The notes under the pieces were generated by a model. The model was not told the DNA's origin, searched no databases, and was given only the letters and a program-made list of their open reading frames with translations. A program made the translations under genes and the position numbers. Of a DNA stretch of 64,000 nucleotides, positions 1-12,543 are shown piece after piece. Source of the DNA: Massalongia carnosa (Eukaryota); the NCBI GenBank assembly GCA_965645245.1, contig OZ287081.1:1488001-1552000 (forward strand), written 5' to 3'. How positions within the stretch are numbered: position 1 is the stretch's first letter; each line of letters begins with the position of its first letter.

Positions 1-2004
1 AGAGCTCCAAGTCCATCATCTTCATCCCAACCCCCAAAACGATCAGCTCCAGTGGTACCGAAATCGAAAGGTATTCAAGAACCCAAATCAGCCATTGAGT
101 CTCAAGTTTTAAGAATCAGTGAACCTCGGAGAAGCTCTATCCCTATTTTTCGCCATACAGTCTCCAACATGGTTTCTCAGGCTGAAATTGAGACCGTTCT
201 AAACCACTCTAGACCCGAAGAGAAAGCCCGATCCAGCACCTCTGATAATAATTTCGAGATCTATGTGGACTACTCAGCGGAACCTTTGCCGGAGATGCCA
301 AATAAGGAGGTCATTGATCAACCTGCTGAAAACCAACATGAAGATGTCCCCGATATCTTCAGGGTACCTTACGTCCTTCCAGGTCTTGAGGCCATTGAAG
401 AATCCCCGAGACAGAATTACCAAATCAAACGACTTTCTCTTGTAGCGCCAGAACACGGTCCAATTCTCAAAATCTCTCCGTCGGCCGATAGATTGATCAT
501 GGGCGTTGAATCGGAGAAAGAAAACCCTCTGAATCCTATCAGTCTCAAAAATATCAATTTCGACGGCTCCTTTGGGTTACCTAATCTCAAACCTAACGCT
601 AATGGCGCGTATTCTACGATGGACTTGCAGCAGCGAGCAGAGCGTCCATCTTCAAGTCAAAGCCTTTCTCAGTCAGCGTGCAGCAAGACTATTGTTAGTA
701 AAGAAACGAGGGAGAAGAAGGTTAGGAGTGCGGAGCTTAGCTACTCGCTATCCACTAGTCATCTCCGCCAAAATTTAGTAAAACCAAAGGCCCAGGCGAA
801 CCGTATGAATAATAACAATGCTTCCATGACAGAGGATCCTTTCTTTGATACAATTTTCGACAGTTCATTAGAGCGGGCCAAAACTACAGGTCCCATAATC
901 TCGAACGGGGTGACAAAAGGTCAAGAGGAGGAAACACCTGTTGCTGATGATTCTTGGATCTCCCCAATCACCAATAAACAGCATGATGCTTCATATAGTA
1001 ATGCTGTGGTCGCTACCTCGGATTCTGTGCTAGTGACAGTTCAACACCCAACCAGGAAAGGGGTAAACACCCTCCAAGACAAATCGGTGGCAGCATGCTT
1101 TAGCCAAGCAGCTGCCAGCGATGTTTCAAAGTCCTTGAGTTTCTATCAGAAGTACAAGGAAAATGCAGTCGAGGAGCAATTTTCAACACCAGAGCGGTTC
1201 CTTCACCAGGCGAATAGTAGTAATTCTGATGGCTTCCCACCGAGGAACTCGTCTCGTACGAGTGCCCCCAATTATACCAATAAAGACTCTGCTAAGCTAT
1301 CACCAGCTTCAGCATTAGAACCTGAGAGTCATTCTGCTAAGGATTTCGTGCCTCGGCACAATCAATCTGGCGCTTCCAACGATTATGCCTCCTCACCAGC
1401 GCATATTCCGCAAGCCAAAATATTCAAGCGCGACTCGACAGCTCGCGAGTCCAACAAATCTCATGGCTCGCTATCAAAGGGTATGCTTTCAAACATCCGT
1501 GGAATGTTCCATAAACGTTCCTACGACACAGAACCTTTTTCTTCCATGAAATCCAATAAGAAAGGAAAAAATCCTATTTCCATCACATCCAGCGAAAGCC
1601 CCTTCCCTCCTATTTCTGAAATTCATCCAATATATCGCCCAACCTTGTCTTCCTCTAACCGTGTTACTGTTAGAAGTGGGAAAGCCAATGCTACCAATAC
1701 GGATACGCCCATAACTCCGGCATTTGCATCTCCACTACCTTCGGAGATTTCAACCACCACAACGCTGGCCATGCAACTGCTAGACTCCGTGCGCACAGAG
1801 CGCTCGAGCCCGAAGAAAGAGCGTGCTTTGGAGCTAGGTACCATGCTCGTGGAGGCAATTACGCAGGCAAGGGACGCAGAAAAGGCTATGGAGGAAGCTA
1901 AACAAGCTGCTAGGAGGGCTGAGATTGCACATGCATTGTGCAAGAGGAGCGTTGGGGATATTGCCAAAAGAGTACTTGAGTGGAAGGACGAGATTACTGG
2001 TTAG
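1..2004 (+). CDS. 5'-partial Ser/Pro-rich hypothetical protein with C-terminal coiled coil
   Basis: Frame 1 is open from the window start to TAG at 2004 (>660 codons). The protein is low-complexity and ends in a helical segment (LGTMLVEAITQARDAEKAMEEAKQAARRAE). Confidence 0.75.
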   Translation, partial: RAPSPSSSSQPPKRSAPVVPKSKGIQEPKSAIESQVLRISEPRRSSIPIFRHTVSNMVSQAEIETVLNHSRPEEKARSSTSDNNFEIYVDYSAEPLPEMPNKEVIDQPAENQHEDVPDIFRVPYVLPGLEAIEESPRQNYQIKRLSLVAPEHGPILKISPSADRLIMGVESEKENPLNPISLKNINFDGSFGLPNLKPNANGAYSTMDLQQRAERPSSSQSLSQSACSKTIVSKETREKKVRSAELSYSLSTSHLRQNLVKPKAQANRMNNNNASMTEDPFFDTIFDSSLERAKTTGPIISNGVTKGQEEETPVADDSWISPITNKQHDASYSNAVVATSDSVLVTVQHPTRKGVNTLQDKSVAACFSQAAASDVSKSLSFYQKYKENAVEEQFSTPERFLHQANSSNSDGFPPRNSSRTSAPNYTNKDSAKLSPASALEPESHSAKDFVPRHNQSGASNDYASSPAHIPQAKIFKRDSTARESNKSHGSLSKGMLSNIRGMFHKRSYDTEPFSSMKSNKKGKNPISITSSESPFPPISEIHPIYRPTLSSSNRVTVRSGKANATNTDTPITPAFASPLPSEISTTTTLAMQLLDSVRTERSSPKKERALELGTMLVEAITQARDAEKAMEEAKQAARRAEIAHALCKRSVGDIAKRVLEWKDEITG

Positions 2005-3347
2005 GATTGAGATATGGCAGAAGATTGACAATTTGGGTACGATGAACAGGGGAGGATTTAGTGGACTTTGTCGATCAGATATCTGTAGTCCAGTACTACG
2101 TGAGATCTTTCGGTGATGATATATCATCATCCTCAGCAGGCTTCAGCTGACGTTTTTACTTCACCCTAAAAATCTGCTTAGCGCAGGGAAAGAAGAGTCA
2201 CGATGTGGAAGGGGTGCGATGTTTCTACGGCAACTGTTAAAGATCTTCTTATCTCAACATGAGGAGAGAATTGCAACGAGTGCAGGTTACCGTCGACCAG
2301 ATATCTCCTCTCTAGCACAAGTTTCTCGCACCTGCTTTCTGCAAAGACGATATCCGGTGCAGTTTTAAGGACATCATTCCTTTTTCTTTTTTTCCTTCCA
2401 CCCCCAACTTCTTTTTTAAATTCTTCCCATTATTTTTCTCGAATCATGCCCCTTTCACCGCCCGTGGGTTACAGCTCCAAGATCGAGCAAGCTGTTCAGG
2501 GCTTACGCTATGATGATATCTGTGTATTGAACAGGTAGGTATTACGGGCAGCTATGCATGTAATTATTGCCTAGGTAACTAGGCATTCTACAGATGGGGA
2601 CCACGCTGAACCAGAGCTACTAAGGGGTCTTTTCTATTCGTCCGCTAATGATTGGGGAGATGAGGGGGATCTTTGTAGATAACCAATCAAATGTTTTTGT
2701 TGTTTAATCAGTGAACGCTCTGCGCAACTTGAGACTGGGTTAAGATTTCGAGGTCGTTGGTGTTGCTCTCTACCACCTATAGGGTGGACGGTAGGTTGTA
2801 AGATCCTTCCTGGTTGTGGATGGTGTGAGTACGCTTCCCAGTCCCTGTTCTCATCTTCTTCCAAAACAATTTAAAATAAAAGTATACATATCCTGTGCTA
2901 AACAGATTATGAAATCACCGGAGGTTTTGGATGTAGGGAGCGAAGGGGTGGACGAATGGACCTCTTGGGAAACGTAGAGGACGGGTAACTTGGTGAGTCT
3001 GATTGAAAGAGGGGAAGGATGGTATCTAAACTGGTGGTTTGATGTTGATAAAGGTAGAGCTTAGGAGGGAGGAGGCGAAAAGGGGTAAGGATTTCTCGGT
3101 TAATGTTAAAGGGGGTTTCGGATTTGCGGATCAACTGCTTGGATGAAAAGGAAATTGGTCATGTAGATAGCCAACGTCTTGGATTTTTTGTAGGAAGGAA
3201 ATTGATAAAGTTTAGCATCAAGTCTTGAGAAGTTAAATAAGAATATCTACACGCATGGCTTCGTTGGAAAAATCTAACGCTTTTTAATTCCTGCTCGCTA
3301 ACCACCCCTTTCCCTGAATCAAGCCTTTCAATTGGCATGTCACACCA

Positions 3348-4034
3348 CTATTTCTTCGCCACAGTACTCGCAAGATCAGCCAAAGCCTCCTTTCGTTTGA
3401 ACCGCGCGTCTTCAATGACCCCTGTAACGAAAAAAAATGCCGTAAATTAGCACTCATCTCTAGTTTCTTCCACATAAAATATTAGGGACAGAACCGGTGA
3501 TTTGGGAGACTATACCGGCATCAGCGTCCGAGGAAAAGTGCCCAGACCATTGCACATAGGTTGAGCCCTCATGCGGACCAGTCGTCACGGCGAAGAGTCT
3601 GATGGTGGTGATGACGCTGGAGTAGGTAAGGGCCGGGGTGGCGGCTATAACGGAGTAAGTAATATAGTGGTCGATTGTCTGTGAGCGGAGGCAAGGCCAT
3701 TGGTGAGTATAATACCATCGTAATGAGATAACTATGAATACACGTCCCTATGTAGGTCTGCCTTGTGGAGCTACTCGATTATTGGAGATAAGGATTCGAC
3801 AAACCAACATACCGAATGCTCCTCCTGCTTCACATCTAGCACCGTATCATCCTTAAAAGTCCACCGAACAACATCCGCCTCCGGGGAGACGCCCTTGACA
3901 TGCTCGCTTTTGGAAAGTTTGGACCAGAAGACGGGGAAATCTTCTAGTTTGATCAGGTGCCAGACGGTGGAGAGGGGGGCGGAGATAACGGAGGATTCAA
4001 CGACGGAGGTAGAGGTCGGAATGGTGGAACTCAT
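3348..4034 (-). CDS. Bet v1-like / SRPBCC (polyketide cyclase-dehydrase fold) small protein, 3 exons
   Basis: Exon 1 is 4034-3813 (MSSTIPTSTSVVESSVISAPLSTVWHLIK...), followed by a GT-AG intron at 3812-3679. Exon 2 reads TIDHYITYSVI...STYVQWSGHFSSDADA and exon 3 reads GVIEDARFKRKEALADLASTVAKK*. Confidence 0.8.
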
Positions 4035-4457
4035 GATGAGAGATTTATTTGGGGGACTTGATGATAATTAGATGAGAATTGGGATGTTGGTTGACAAGCC
4101 AAAGAGATTGGGTGAGAAAGCAACCTGCAGTTGAAGCTTCAGGATTCCGGGGCGACGTCATAGGCGGCTACTTTCTGACTCGCCTAGCTACCCTTGTAAC
4201 CTTATCGATTGCTAGCCACCTAGCTTACTAACTGACTGAATTCATCTAGATAGCCGTAGTTATATCACATATCCTTGAATAGTATGGGTTTATGTAGAAA
4301 TATCACTTTAAGACGGTGGACGTTTACGTGACCAGCCGAGGTCTCCGAGAGCTTTACGTTAGCTGGCATCTTTCGTTCACAAAAAATATGACAGCTCGAT
4401 GAGATTTCTTTCTCCTATCGTTGTCTATTCTGGCGACGGTATTAAGTCTACGAAACT

Positions 4458-7183
4458 ATGAAAAGAATATCCATATGGCTAAAATGGAGTAGGTTGTATC
4501 TTAGAGCGGCTGCTGGAAATATTTGCTAAAGGATTTCTCTCAGTATTGCTCTTGGTTTTAAGTTCTACTGTCTGGACTGAAGAGTCGAACTCCTTGAATC
4601 ATGAACTGTCTCGAGAACAAACGTCTGTAGAACCGCACAACAAGCCCGACACGCTCTCGCAATGGCAGCAGGAAAGAAAGTCGGATGGGGGTCAACGTAA
4701 CACTAACATTCTTCCTTGATTTGATTACTACTCATCGGGTTATAGGGACACTTGCAGTGCAAGAAGCACTAAATTTGCTACAACCTTTACAGGCGAGTCG
4801 CAACCGCCTTGCGCGGTATGACAAATCAGCGAGCTTTCTAGGTACGACAATCTACTATGCCAAGGAAGCTTTCGTCCTGCTGTTCATGAACGCGCCTTCA
4901 CAGGAAGAGTACCTGAACGCACGCTCGGATGAACAAAAACTCAGTAAGCCTCTGGCAAAAGCTGTAAAGTTATTGGAGGACGCTGCAAACGAGGGGGAGC
5001 TAGACGCAATATTCCTTCTGGCAGAGATGAACTTCTTTGGAAACTACACCCACCCTCGAAATTATAAGGAAGCTTTTCGTCGGTATCAACAATTCTCGTC
5101 TCTGAATGGAAATAACTCGGCGCAACACATGATCGGGTTTATGTACGCTACAGGCATCGGTGGAGCGGTGGAACGAGATCAAGCAAAGGCGTTAACATAT
5201 CATACATTTGCGGCTTTGGGCGGAAACACTAGATCACAGATGACGACTGCCTTTCGGCATCTTATGGGCATCGGAACTCCCCGCAATTGCAATGAGGCGG
5301 CGTTCTGGTACAAAGAGGTTGCAGACAAAGGCATCGCGTTCTCAAGATCAGGTCCGCCAGGTGGAGTCGCTTTGCCAAGGGACGCATTCAGGCTCGCAGA
5401 TGACAACGGAGGAGTGTATGGAGAAGGGGCGAGCGTCGTAAGCTCTGGTGTTTACGCAAACAAAGCTGGCCCTAATTCAGACTCCCATGCAGCAATGGAT
5501 GACGTTTTAGAATATTTAGATCTGCTGTCAAGGAAAGGCGATCCGAAAGCGACCTTCAGCCTGGGCCGGCTGCATTATGAAGGCTCGCGAACGATGAAGC
5601 AAAACTGGAGAACTGCCAGGAAATATTTCATGATTGTTGCCCAAAAGTACTGGGCAAAGGATGGATCGATTTTGACAGAGGAAAATGGACTGGGGAAAAT
5701 TGCTTCCAAAGCTGCTGGTTACATAGGAAGAATGTTCCTGCGAGGCGAAGGTATGGAGCAGAGCTTTGAAAGGGCCATGGTTTGGTTCCGAAGGGGAATA
5801 GCCAATGGCGATGGATTATGTCAATACCAAATGGGGCTTATGTACTTGCAGGGTTTAGGTGTAAAGAAGGATGCTGTAAAGGCAGCCGATTACTTTAAGG
5901 AAGCGGCGGACCAAGATTTTGCATCCGCCCAGGTCAATATGGGGCAACTATTCCTTGATCAGGGGGATGTATCGACCGCAACTCGGTATTTTGAGTTGGC
6001 GGAGAGGCATGGTCATATCGAGGCATTCTACCATCTCGCTGAGATTAGTCAAAATGGCGTTGGCCGTGATCGATCATGCGCGGTGGCTACATCGTACTAT
6101 AAACGTGTGGCGGAGAAAGTCGAAACGATTCACTCAGCTTTCGATGAAGCCAACCGAGCGCACGAAGATGGCGATTTAGAGACGGCACTCATGACCTACA
6201 TGATGGCTGCTGAGCAAGGCTACGAGTACGGTCAAGTTAACGTGGCCTACATGCTCGATGATCACAAATCTATTATATCTCTCGACTCTATGATCCCGTG
6301 GAAAAAGCGGCGACCATCCCTCCTCCACAATGCAGTCCTGGCGCTCATATACTGGACCCGATCCGCCAAGCAGTCCAATATTGACTCTATGGTCAAAATG
6401 GGCGATTACTATCTTGGTGGTTACGGCGTTGATACAGATATGGAACGGGCTGCAACGTGCTATCAAACCGCGGCGGACACGCATCAAAGCGCTCAGGCGC
6501 TATGGAACCTTGGCTGGATACATGAGAATGGTTTGGGCGTAGAGCAGGATTTTCATTTAGCCAAGCGGTTTTATGATCAAGCACTCGAGACCAATGAAGA
6601 ATCATACCTCCCGGTTAAACTCAGCCTAATCAAGCTCCGGCTACGGAGTTTCTGGAATACCATCACGAACGGGAAAGTCAACTCCATTCGCTCGGAGCCA
6701 GGTAAGCATCCAAATTTCAATTGTTTTTTCACATTCCGTCCGCTTCTTACGCACAACTTCTTACGCATTATCGTAACAAAAATCTCATAAGATGCTCTCT
6801 CAGAACCCAAACAACCAGACTGGTCCGCCAGCGAATGGATCTCCAACTTCCTTTCTGACCCTCACCCATACTACCACTCTACTGAAGCCGACAACGATCT
6901 GGCTGATCCCCTCCCCCCAACCGGCGTGGACGACTACTACGACGACATTGACGATAGCATCATCGAGAGCTTAATCATCGTCGCCCTAGCCGGCGCCCTC
7001 GCCTTTCTCGTATACTACCGCAGTCAGCGGCAAACCAACCATCGGAGAAATACAGCGAGGCAACAGCACCAGGGGCGGGGAGTAGAACAACCAGTGGAGG
7101 GGCAGCAGGCTGACGGGGGATTTTTTCCTCCGGAGGGGGATCCCGCTCGTGTGCAATGGGTCGCGGGGGGGGTAGGACATTAA
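4458..7183 (+). CDS. HRD3: Sel1-repeat ERAD protein Hrd3/SEL1L homolog, 4 exons
   Basis: Removing introns 4489-4543, 4697-4745 and 6702-6803 restores one frame. The product has an N-terminal signal peptide, many Sel1-like repeats (e.g. AQHMIGFMYATGIG, AQALWNLGWIHENGLGVEQDFHLAKRFYD) and a C-terminal TM helix. Confidence 0.9.
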
Positions 7184-7751
7184 TAGGCCACCTAGGGTAC
7201 ATTCTGGCGAATGAGATGGATTGGTTTTCGATGGTTTTCCCCTTCAATTCGTGGAGGGGAGACGGTTAATCTGTAAATTTTTACTAAGGAAGAATCTGCT
7301 TCCTATCTGTTTCGGATGGATGTGTTCTGAATGTGCTTTTAAGCTTTGGTTTGCATATCCAATTATCGCATATTGGAAAATAACTATTAAAGAAATTCCT
7401 TCAACTCTGAATTTGAATGGAGCATTAAAATGATTTAACCCTAGATTTGCTTATGTAACACCAAAAATAGGCATTTTGACCAAAGCTTGAGGACCGCTAC
7501 TCGCTACGCATATTTGCCATTTCTTATTGCGAAAAGCCTCAGCCCATTCTCTTTTGTTGCTGCTGGTGAGCCTGACTTGGTAACCCATCATTGACGGTCC
7601 TTTTGACTTATCAACTAAAACGCTGAAGCCACCCCTTCCTCTAAGCCTGCGCCGACCTTCGAGCTTCGATCCCCCCGGACTACCATTTTCACAAATATAG
7701 GCAATTTCATACCTCCAAAATCCGTCTAAGTGTCACTTCCCCGTGACAGCC

Positions 7752-9836
7752 ATGCCATCTCTCTTATCTGAGAATGACAAGGAAACAGTAAAGAGAACGG
7801 TGCCTAAAGCCTCTAACAAGATCCAAGCTGTTGCCGTTGCGCGCCTCTATATCGCCTACCCGGACAGGCAGCGATGGGTCTACACTGGGCTCCAAGGGGC
7901 GGCAGTATTGACGAACGACTTAGTGGGCAACACGTTCTGGATAAAGTTGGTTGATATCTCGGTACGCATTACTATCCCAAAAAGCGGTCTTTTAGCCAGA
8001 CATTAATGATGTAAATAGGCCTCAAAGCGTGGGGTTCTATGGGACCAAGAAATTTATGATCCATTCTATTACAATCAAGACCGAGTTTTTTTCCATTCAT
8101 TTGAGCTGGAGGATTGTTTGGCAGGCCTTTCATTCATGGACGAGAAGGAGGCCAAGCAGTTCAAAAAGAAGATGGATGACAGGGAGAAAAACGCCAGCAA
8201 GAACACCAAGTTAACCCCTTTCCAGGGTCCAGGTCCGACTGTGCAACCTCTAGGAGGCATTCTTCAACACGGGAAATCACACAGCCTGTTTGGGGGAATC
8301 GGGAGTTTATTATCTGCACAAAGGTCTTCCTCTGCACCTCAGGTGCCTCAACCGCTGCCGCAATCCATTATTCCTCCCAGAGAAATAAACAACACTGCTC
8401 CATCTAGTTCAAAGTATGAGAGGCAATCTGCCCTAGAGGATATTGATCCTAGGATTCTTGATGAGTTGGTACAGATGGGCATTCCTAGGGATCAGCTTGA
8501 AGAGAATATTGATTTTATAAAAGAATATATCGAGAAACAGAAAACAAGCGAGGTTACCGAAAGCACGATGGACGAGATTTCAAATGGAACTGTTATTGAG
8601 CGACGATCCAAAGCTCCTCCACCACCGCCGCCGCCGCCGCCGCCACCCGCCGTTGCTCCAACTAGAATGAAATCAATAAGTCCCCAGCATACCGGTAGTA
8701 CCCTTTCATCGAAAAGGGGCCCACCTCCTGTACCACCACCAAGCCGGAGAACCCGCCCTGATAGTCAAAACATGGCCCCATCAGCCCAACAGCCTAGCTC
8801 GCCGCCAGAATCTCCAGCACGCACACCTTCGCCTCCCCGCCCGGTTGTGAAGTTCAAAGCACCACCTCCAATTGCAGAAGCGGGGAAATTTGCACATTCT
8901 GCGGCCCCAGTGCTTCCGGCAAGGCACCGAGCATCATCTAATGTGACCAACCCTGGCCCGCCACCACCGCCAAGACCACCAAAAACTCCAATGGACGACG
9001 AATCTGATGCAAAGCCAAGGTTTGGAGTCCCCCCTCCATTTCCAAGCGAGCGGCTTGCAGCAGTTCCGCCTCCGCCACCACCCAGCCGATCTCCTCTCCA
9101 ACCTTCGCCCCGTGCATCTCGGGAATCCTCCAGTACACACGCTGTCCCTCCCAGCGCTGCAGCTCCGCCTCCACTGCCTCCGAAAACCCCCAATGCGCCA
9201 ATACCGTCCTCGGCACCACCACTGCCTCCACCTGTGCCAATTCAACGCAGTGCGCCCTCAGCACCACCTCCGCCACTATTACCATCAATGGCAAGACCAG
9301 TGCCAAACCCACCGAACTCATTCAGTGGCCCAGCCGCACCTCCGCCTCCACCACTGCCCGCCACTGGAGCTCCGCCGCCCCCTCCCTTGCCATCTTCAGG
9401 AGCCCCACCACCCCCCCCAATGCCTCCTGTAGGAGGACTTCCTCTTCCGCCGCGACCTCCTGGCCGTGATTCCGCTCATGCTCCGCTACTTCCTAAAGCC
9501 ACTGGTGGCAAGGAAGATGTTTTAGCTTCAATCCGAGCGAGCGGGGGCATTAGCAGATTGAAACGAGTCAGTAGCCAGGAAAAGCGTGATCGGAGCGCTG
9601 CCGTGGTGCCGGATGCCACAAAAAATACTGGGTCAGGAGGCGGACCTTCTCCAGCGCCGTTAGCGGGAGGTGGCTTAGCAGATGCCCTTGCCGCGGCACT
9701 AAGCCAGCGGAATAAGAAAGTTAGCGCGAGCGGTACGTTTTAGACTTCCAGTTCTGAAGTAAGAAGCTAATTCTAATCTGTGGTAGATGATGAAGATGAC
9801 GACGATGATTGGGACGATCCGCCTAAACGGAAATGA
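7752..9836 (+). CDS. LAS17: WASP/Las17-family actin assembly factor, 3 exons
   Basis: N-terminal WH1 domain (AVAVARLYIAYPDRQRWVYTG...LWDQEIYD), a long polyproline region, a WH2-like segment (DVLASIRASGGISRLKRV), a central helix and an acidic DDEDDDDDW tail in the last exon. Confidence 0.9.
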
Positions 9837-10157
9837 GATCTGCGCTACTTTATGCTCTGAGGAGTTCAGAAGATATGTCGTGTAGCTCATGCTGTTTTTG
9901 GGGGTACTGGGTTTATTGGTGGTTTTTATGTTTAGCAAGGCGTCTGGAGCTGATTTTTAGATTGATCAACTGTATTATAGATATGTAGTTGCGCCAAGCT
10001 GGCGAGATCGGACACCTTATATACCCCTATTAAATGATCAAATCCGGAGTACTTCAACGTCACGTGATACATCAATCCTCTCTAAACACGGACTTCAAAT
10101 GTCCCATCAACGCCATAAGTCACTGTCGCGACCACTGTATACGTTGCGACATATGTT

Positions 10158-12048
10158 ATGAGACCCTCATTTGGTGTCTCTGTGTCTGCGCCTTCCTCCT
10201 CACTCTTACGATTTCTGAGGGCCCAGTCTCGAGAGATTTGGTTCTTCACGCCCAACACGCCACCTGCATCCACAACCTGCCACCGTTCCACTCCTCGGCC
10301 TTCATTAGCGGTGTCGCGTCGCCATGAAAGGTGTCGAACAGCTTCACGCAGCTTTACGACCAGCCGTAGCCAACAAGCAACCGCTGAAGCATCATTGTTC
10401 AATTTCGACATCCTGAGAAAAACTCCCAAATCAGGAAACTGGAAATCAACCGCACCTGTGCCCCAAAACCAACAGAATGCCCGAGGATCTCAATTACCGG
10501 CGGATAATCGATCCTTTCTCAGACGACTGTGGCCGCTGAAGAAGGGAAAGGGAAACTCTGCACTCAAACCGAACGATCTTCCCCCGCTGCCCAGCTTCCT
10601 TGATGATGCCAATGGCTCAGTACTTGGGCGGAGTAAAGTTGGAAGGCTCTCCAATGAATTGAAGCTACGATGTACAGAAGTCAATGAGAATGGCGACGTG
10701 ACGCTCGTGAACGGGGAATTTAAAAAGTCAGAGCTCATCGCCAAGGTTCGTCGTCTCGTTTGAATATCTACCTCCAACCTACTTAATCTAAGATTTTCTT
10801 CCCAGTACGGTCTTCTACCCCGCGACTTGCGAAAAATCGATTCCTCCCTTCTTCCGCATATCCTCGTACGGCCTTCGGCCATCCTCATAAACCTTCTTCA
10901 CCTCCGCGTCCTCATCAAGCATAACCGCGTGCTCGTCCTCGATGCCTATGGCACCACAGATTCCCAAATGCAATCAGTGTTCATGTATGATCTCTCAGGT
11001 AAACTGCGGCAAAAGGATACATCGCGGCAAGCGGGCGGTCTCCCCTACGAATTCCGTGCGCTGGAAGCCGTGCTCATCAGTGTCACGACCGGGCTGGAGC
11101 AGGAATTCGAAGGCGTGTCGGAGCCGGTGGTGCGTGTACTGAGGGAGTTGGAGGAGGACATTGATCGCGAGATGTTACGGCATCTCCTTATATACTCTAA
11201 GAAACTCGGCACGTTTGAGCAAAAGGCGCGGTTGGTGCGCGACGCCATCGATGATCTGTTGGACGCCGACGACGATCTCGTTGCTATGTATCTGACGGAG
11301 CGGGCGCATGGAAAGGTTCGCGAGGAAGCGAATCACACGGAGGTGGAGATGCTGCTAGAATCCTACCACAAAGTGTGCGATGAAATCGTCCAGGTCAGTG
11401 GGAACTTGGTCAGTAATATCCGCAATACGGAGGAAATGTAAGCTTTCCCCAGTCCCTTTTCTATCCCTAGCCAAAATAACCCAAGTCTCTCCCCCTTCGG
11501 CCTCTCCTTCAAACTAACTCTTCACCTTTCCTCACTCCAGCGTAAAAGCCATCCTCGACGCCAATCGCAATTCCCTCATGGTGCTCGACCTGAAATTCAG
11601 CGTTGGCACCCTCGGCATCGGCAGCGGCGCCTTCATCGCCGGCCTCTACGGCATGAACCTTAAAAACTTTCTCGAAGAATCCAGTGCGGGCTTCTTCGGC
11701 GTCACGACCTCAAGTTTCATCGTCGCCGGCTTAGTCTGCTGGATTGGCTTGCGCACCTTGCGCCGCGTCAGGAGGGTCAGCATGTGGGGGGAGCAGCGCG
11801 GGAGTCGGGCCGCAGGCGGGAGGAGGGGGAGCTGGAACGAGGTCGACTTCGGGCTTCTGGGGCCAGGGGTTAGGGGCGGGGATGGGGGGCCAAGGGGTGC
11901 GAGAAGCAGAGACGCCGGCGCGGGCGCCGAGCTCGCTGGAGGTAGCGCCGCTGGTGCTGCTGGGAGCGTCCTGCCACCCGCCGAGATCCACCCCCCCATA
12001 GAACCGCGTCTCAACCCGTTTAGCGCGTGGGAGTCGAAAAGACGATGA
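10158..12048 (+). CDS. Mitochondrial inner-membrane Mg2+ transporter, Mrs2/Lpe10 (CorA superfamily), 3 exons
   Basis: Presequence-like N-terminus, motifs YGLLPRDLRKID and LPYEFRALEAVL, and the YGMN signature next to the TM helices. Introns at ~10746-10805 and ~11438-11540. Confidence 0.9.
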
Positions 12049-12098
12049 GGGTGAGATAGGGAGATAGGGAGTAAGTAAGGGCCTCTGGGTTATTTGGA

Positions 12099-12118
12099 AG
12101 AGAGAGAGAGAGAGAGAG
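12099..12118. repeat. (AG)10 microsatellite
   Basis: Read directly from the sequence. Confidence 0.9.
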
Positions 12119-12543
12119 GTTTATGTACTCGTACCGTCATCCAGCAGCTGATGGATAGACGACCGGATGAAGAAAGGGAGGGACTCTTGATCCTACTCCA
12201 TTCGATTTTAGCCGATCCAACTAACTACCTTCCTCTAATCAAGCAAACCTTCAAAAGGTCTACCGTCCTACCTACCAGCATACCTACACTTACTGGTCAT
12301 ATAAGAAGTAGCGGTGTGATGTTCGATTGATTGCTCTGATTGAAACTACATCTTAGCCAACCTCCCCACCAAATTCCCTATCCCTGCTTCAATTCATCCA
12401 CTCCCATATCCCAGATCCCCATTCCACGAAATGCTAGTACGCAATAAAGGCAACTATGTGCGCGCAATGCAATATCATAAGGTCATCCATCTATGCCTGC
12501 CCTGGGGAAATCTCAACTCTAAATAGGTAGGTAATCGAGCTCA

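Noticed and set aside
2634..3134. Two short minus-strand ORFs (75-76 aa)
   Set aside because: Non-ATG starts, no recognisable motif, and I could not build a convincing spliced model.
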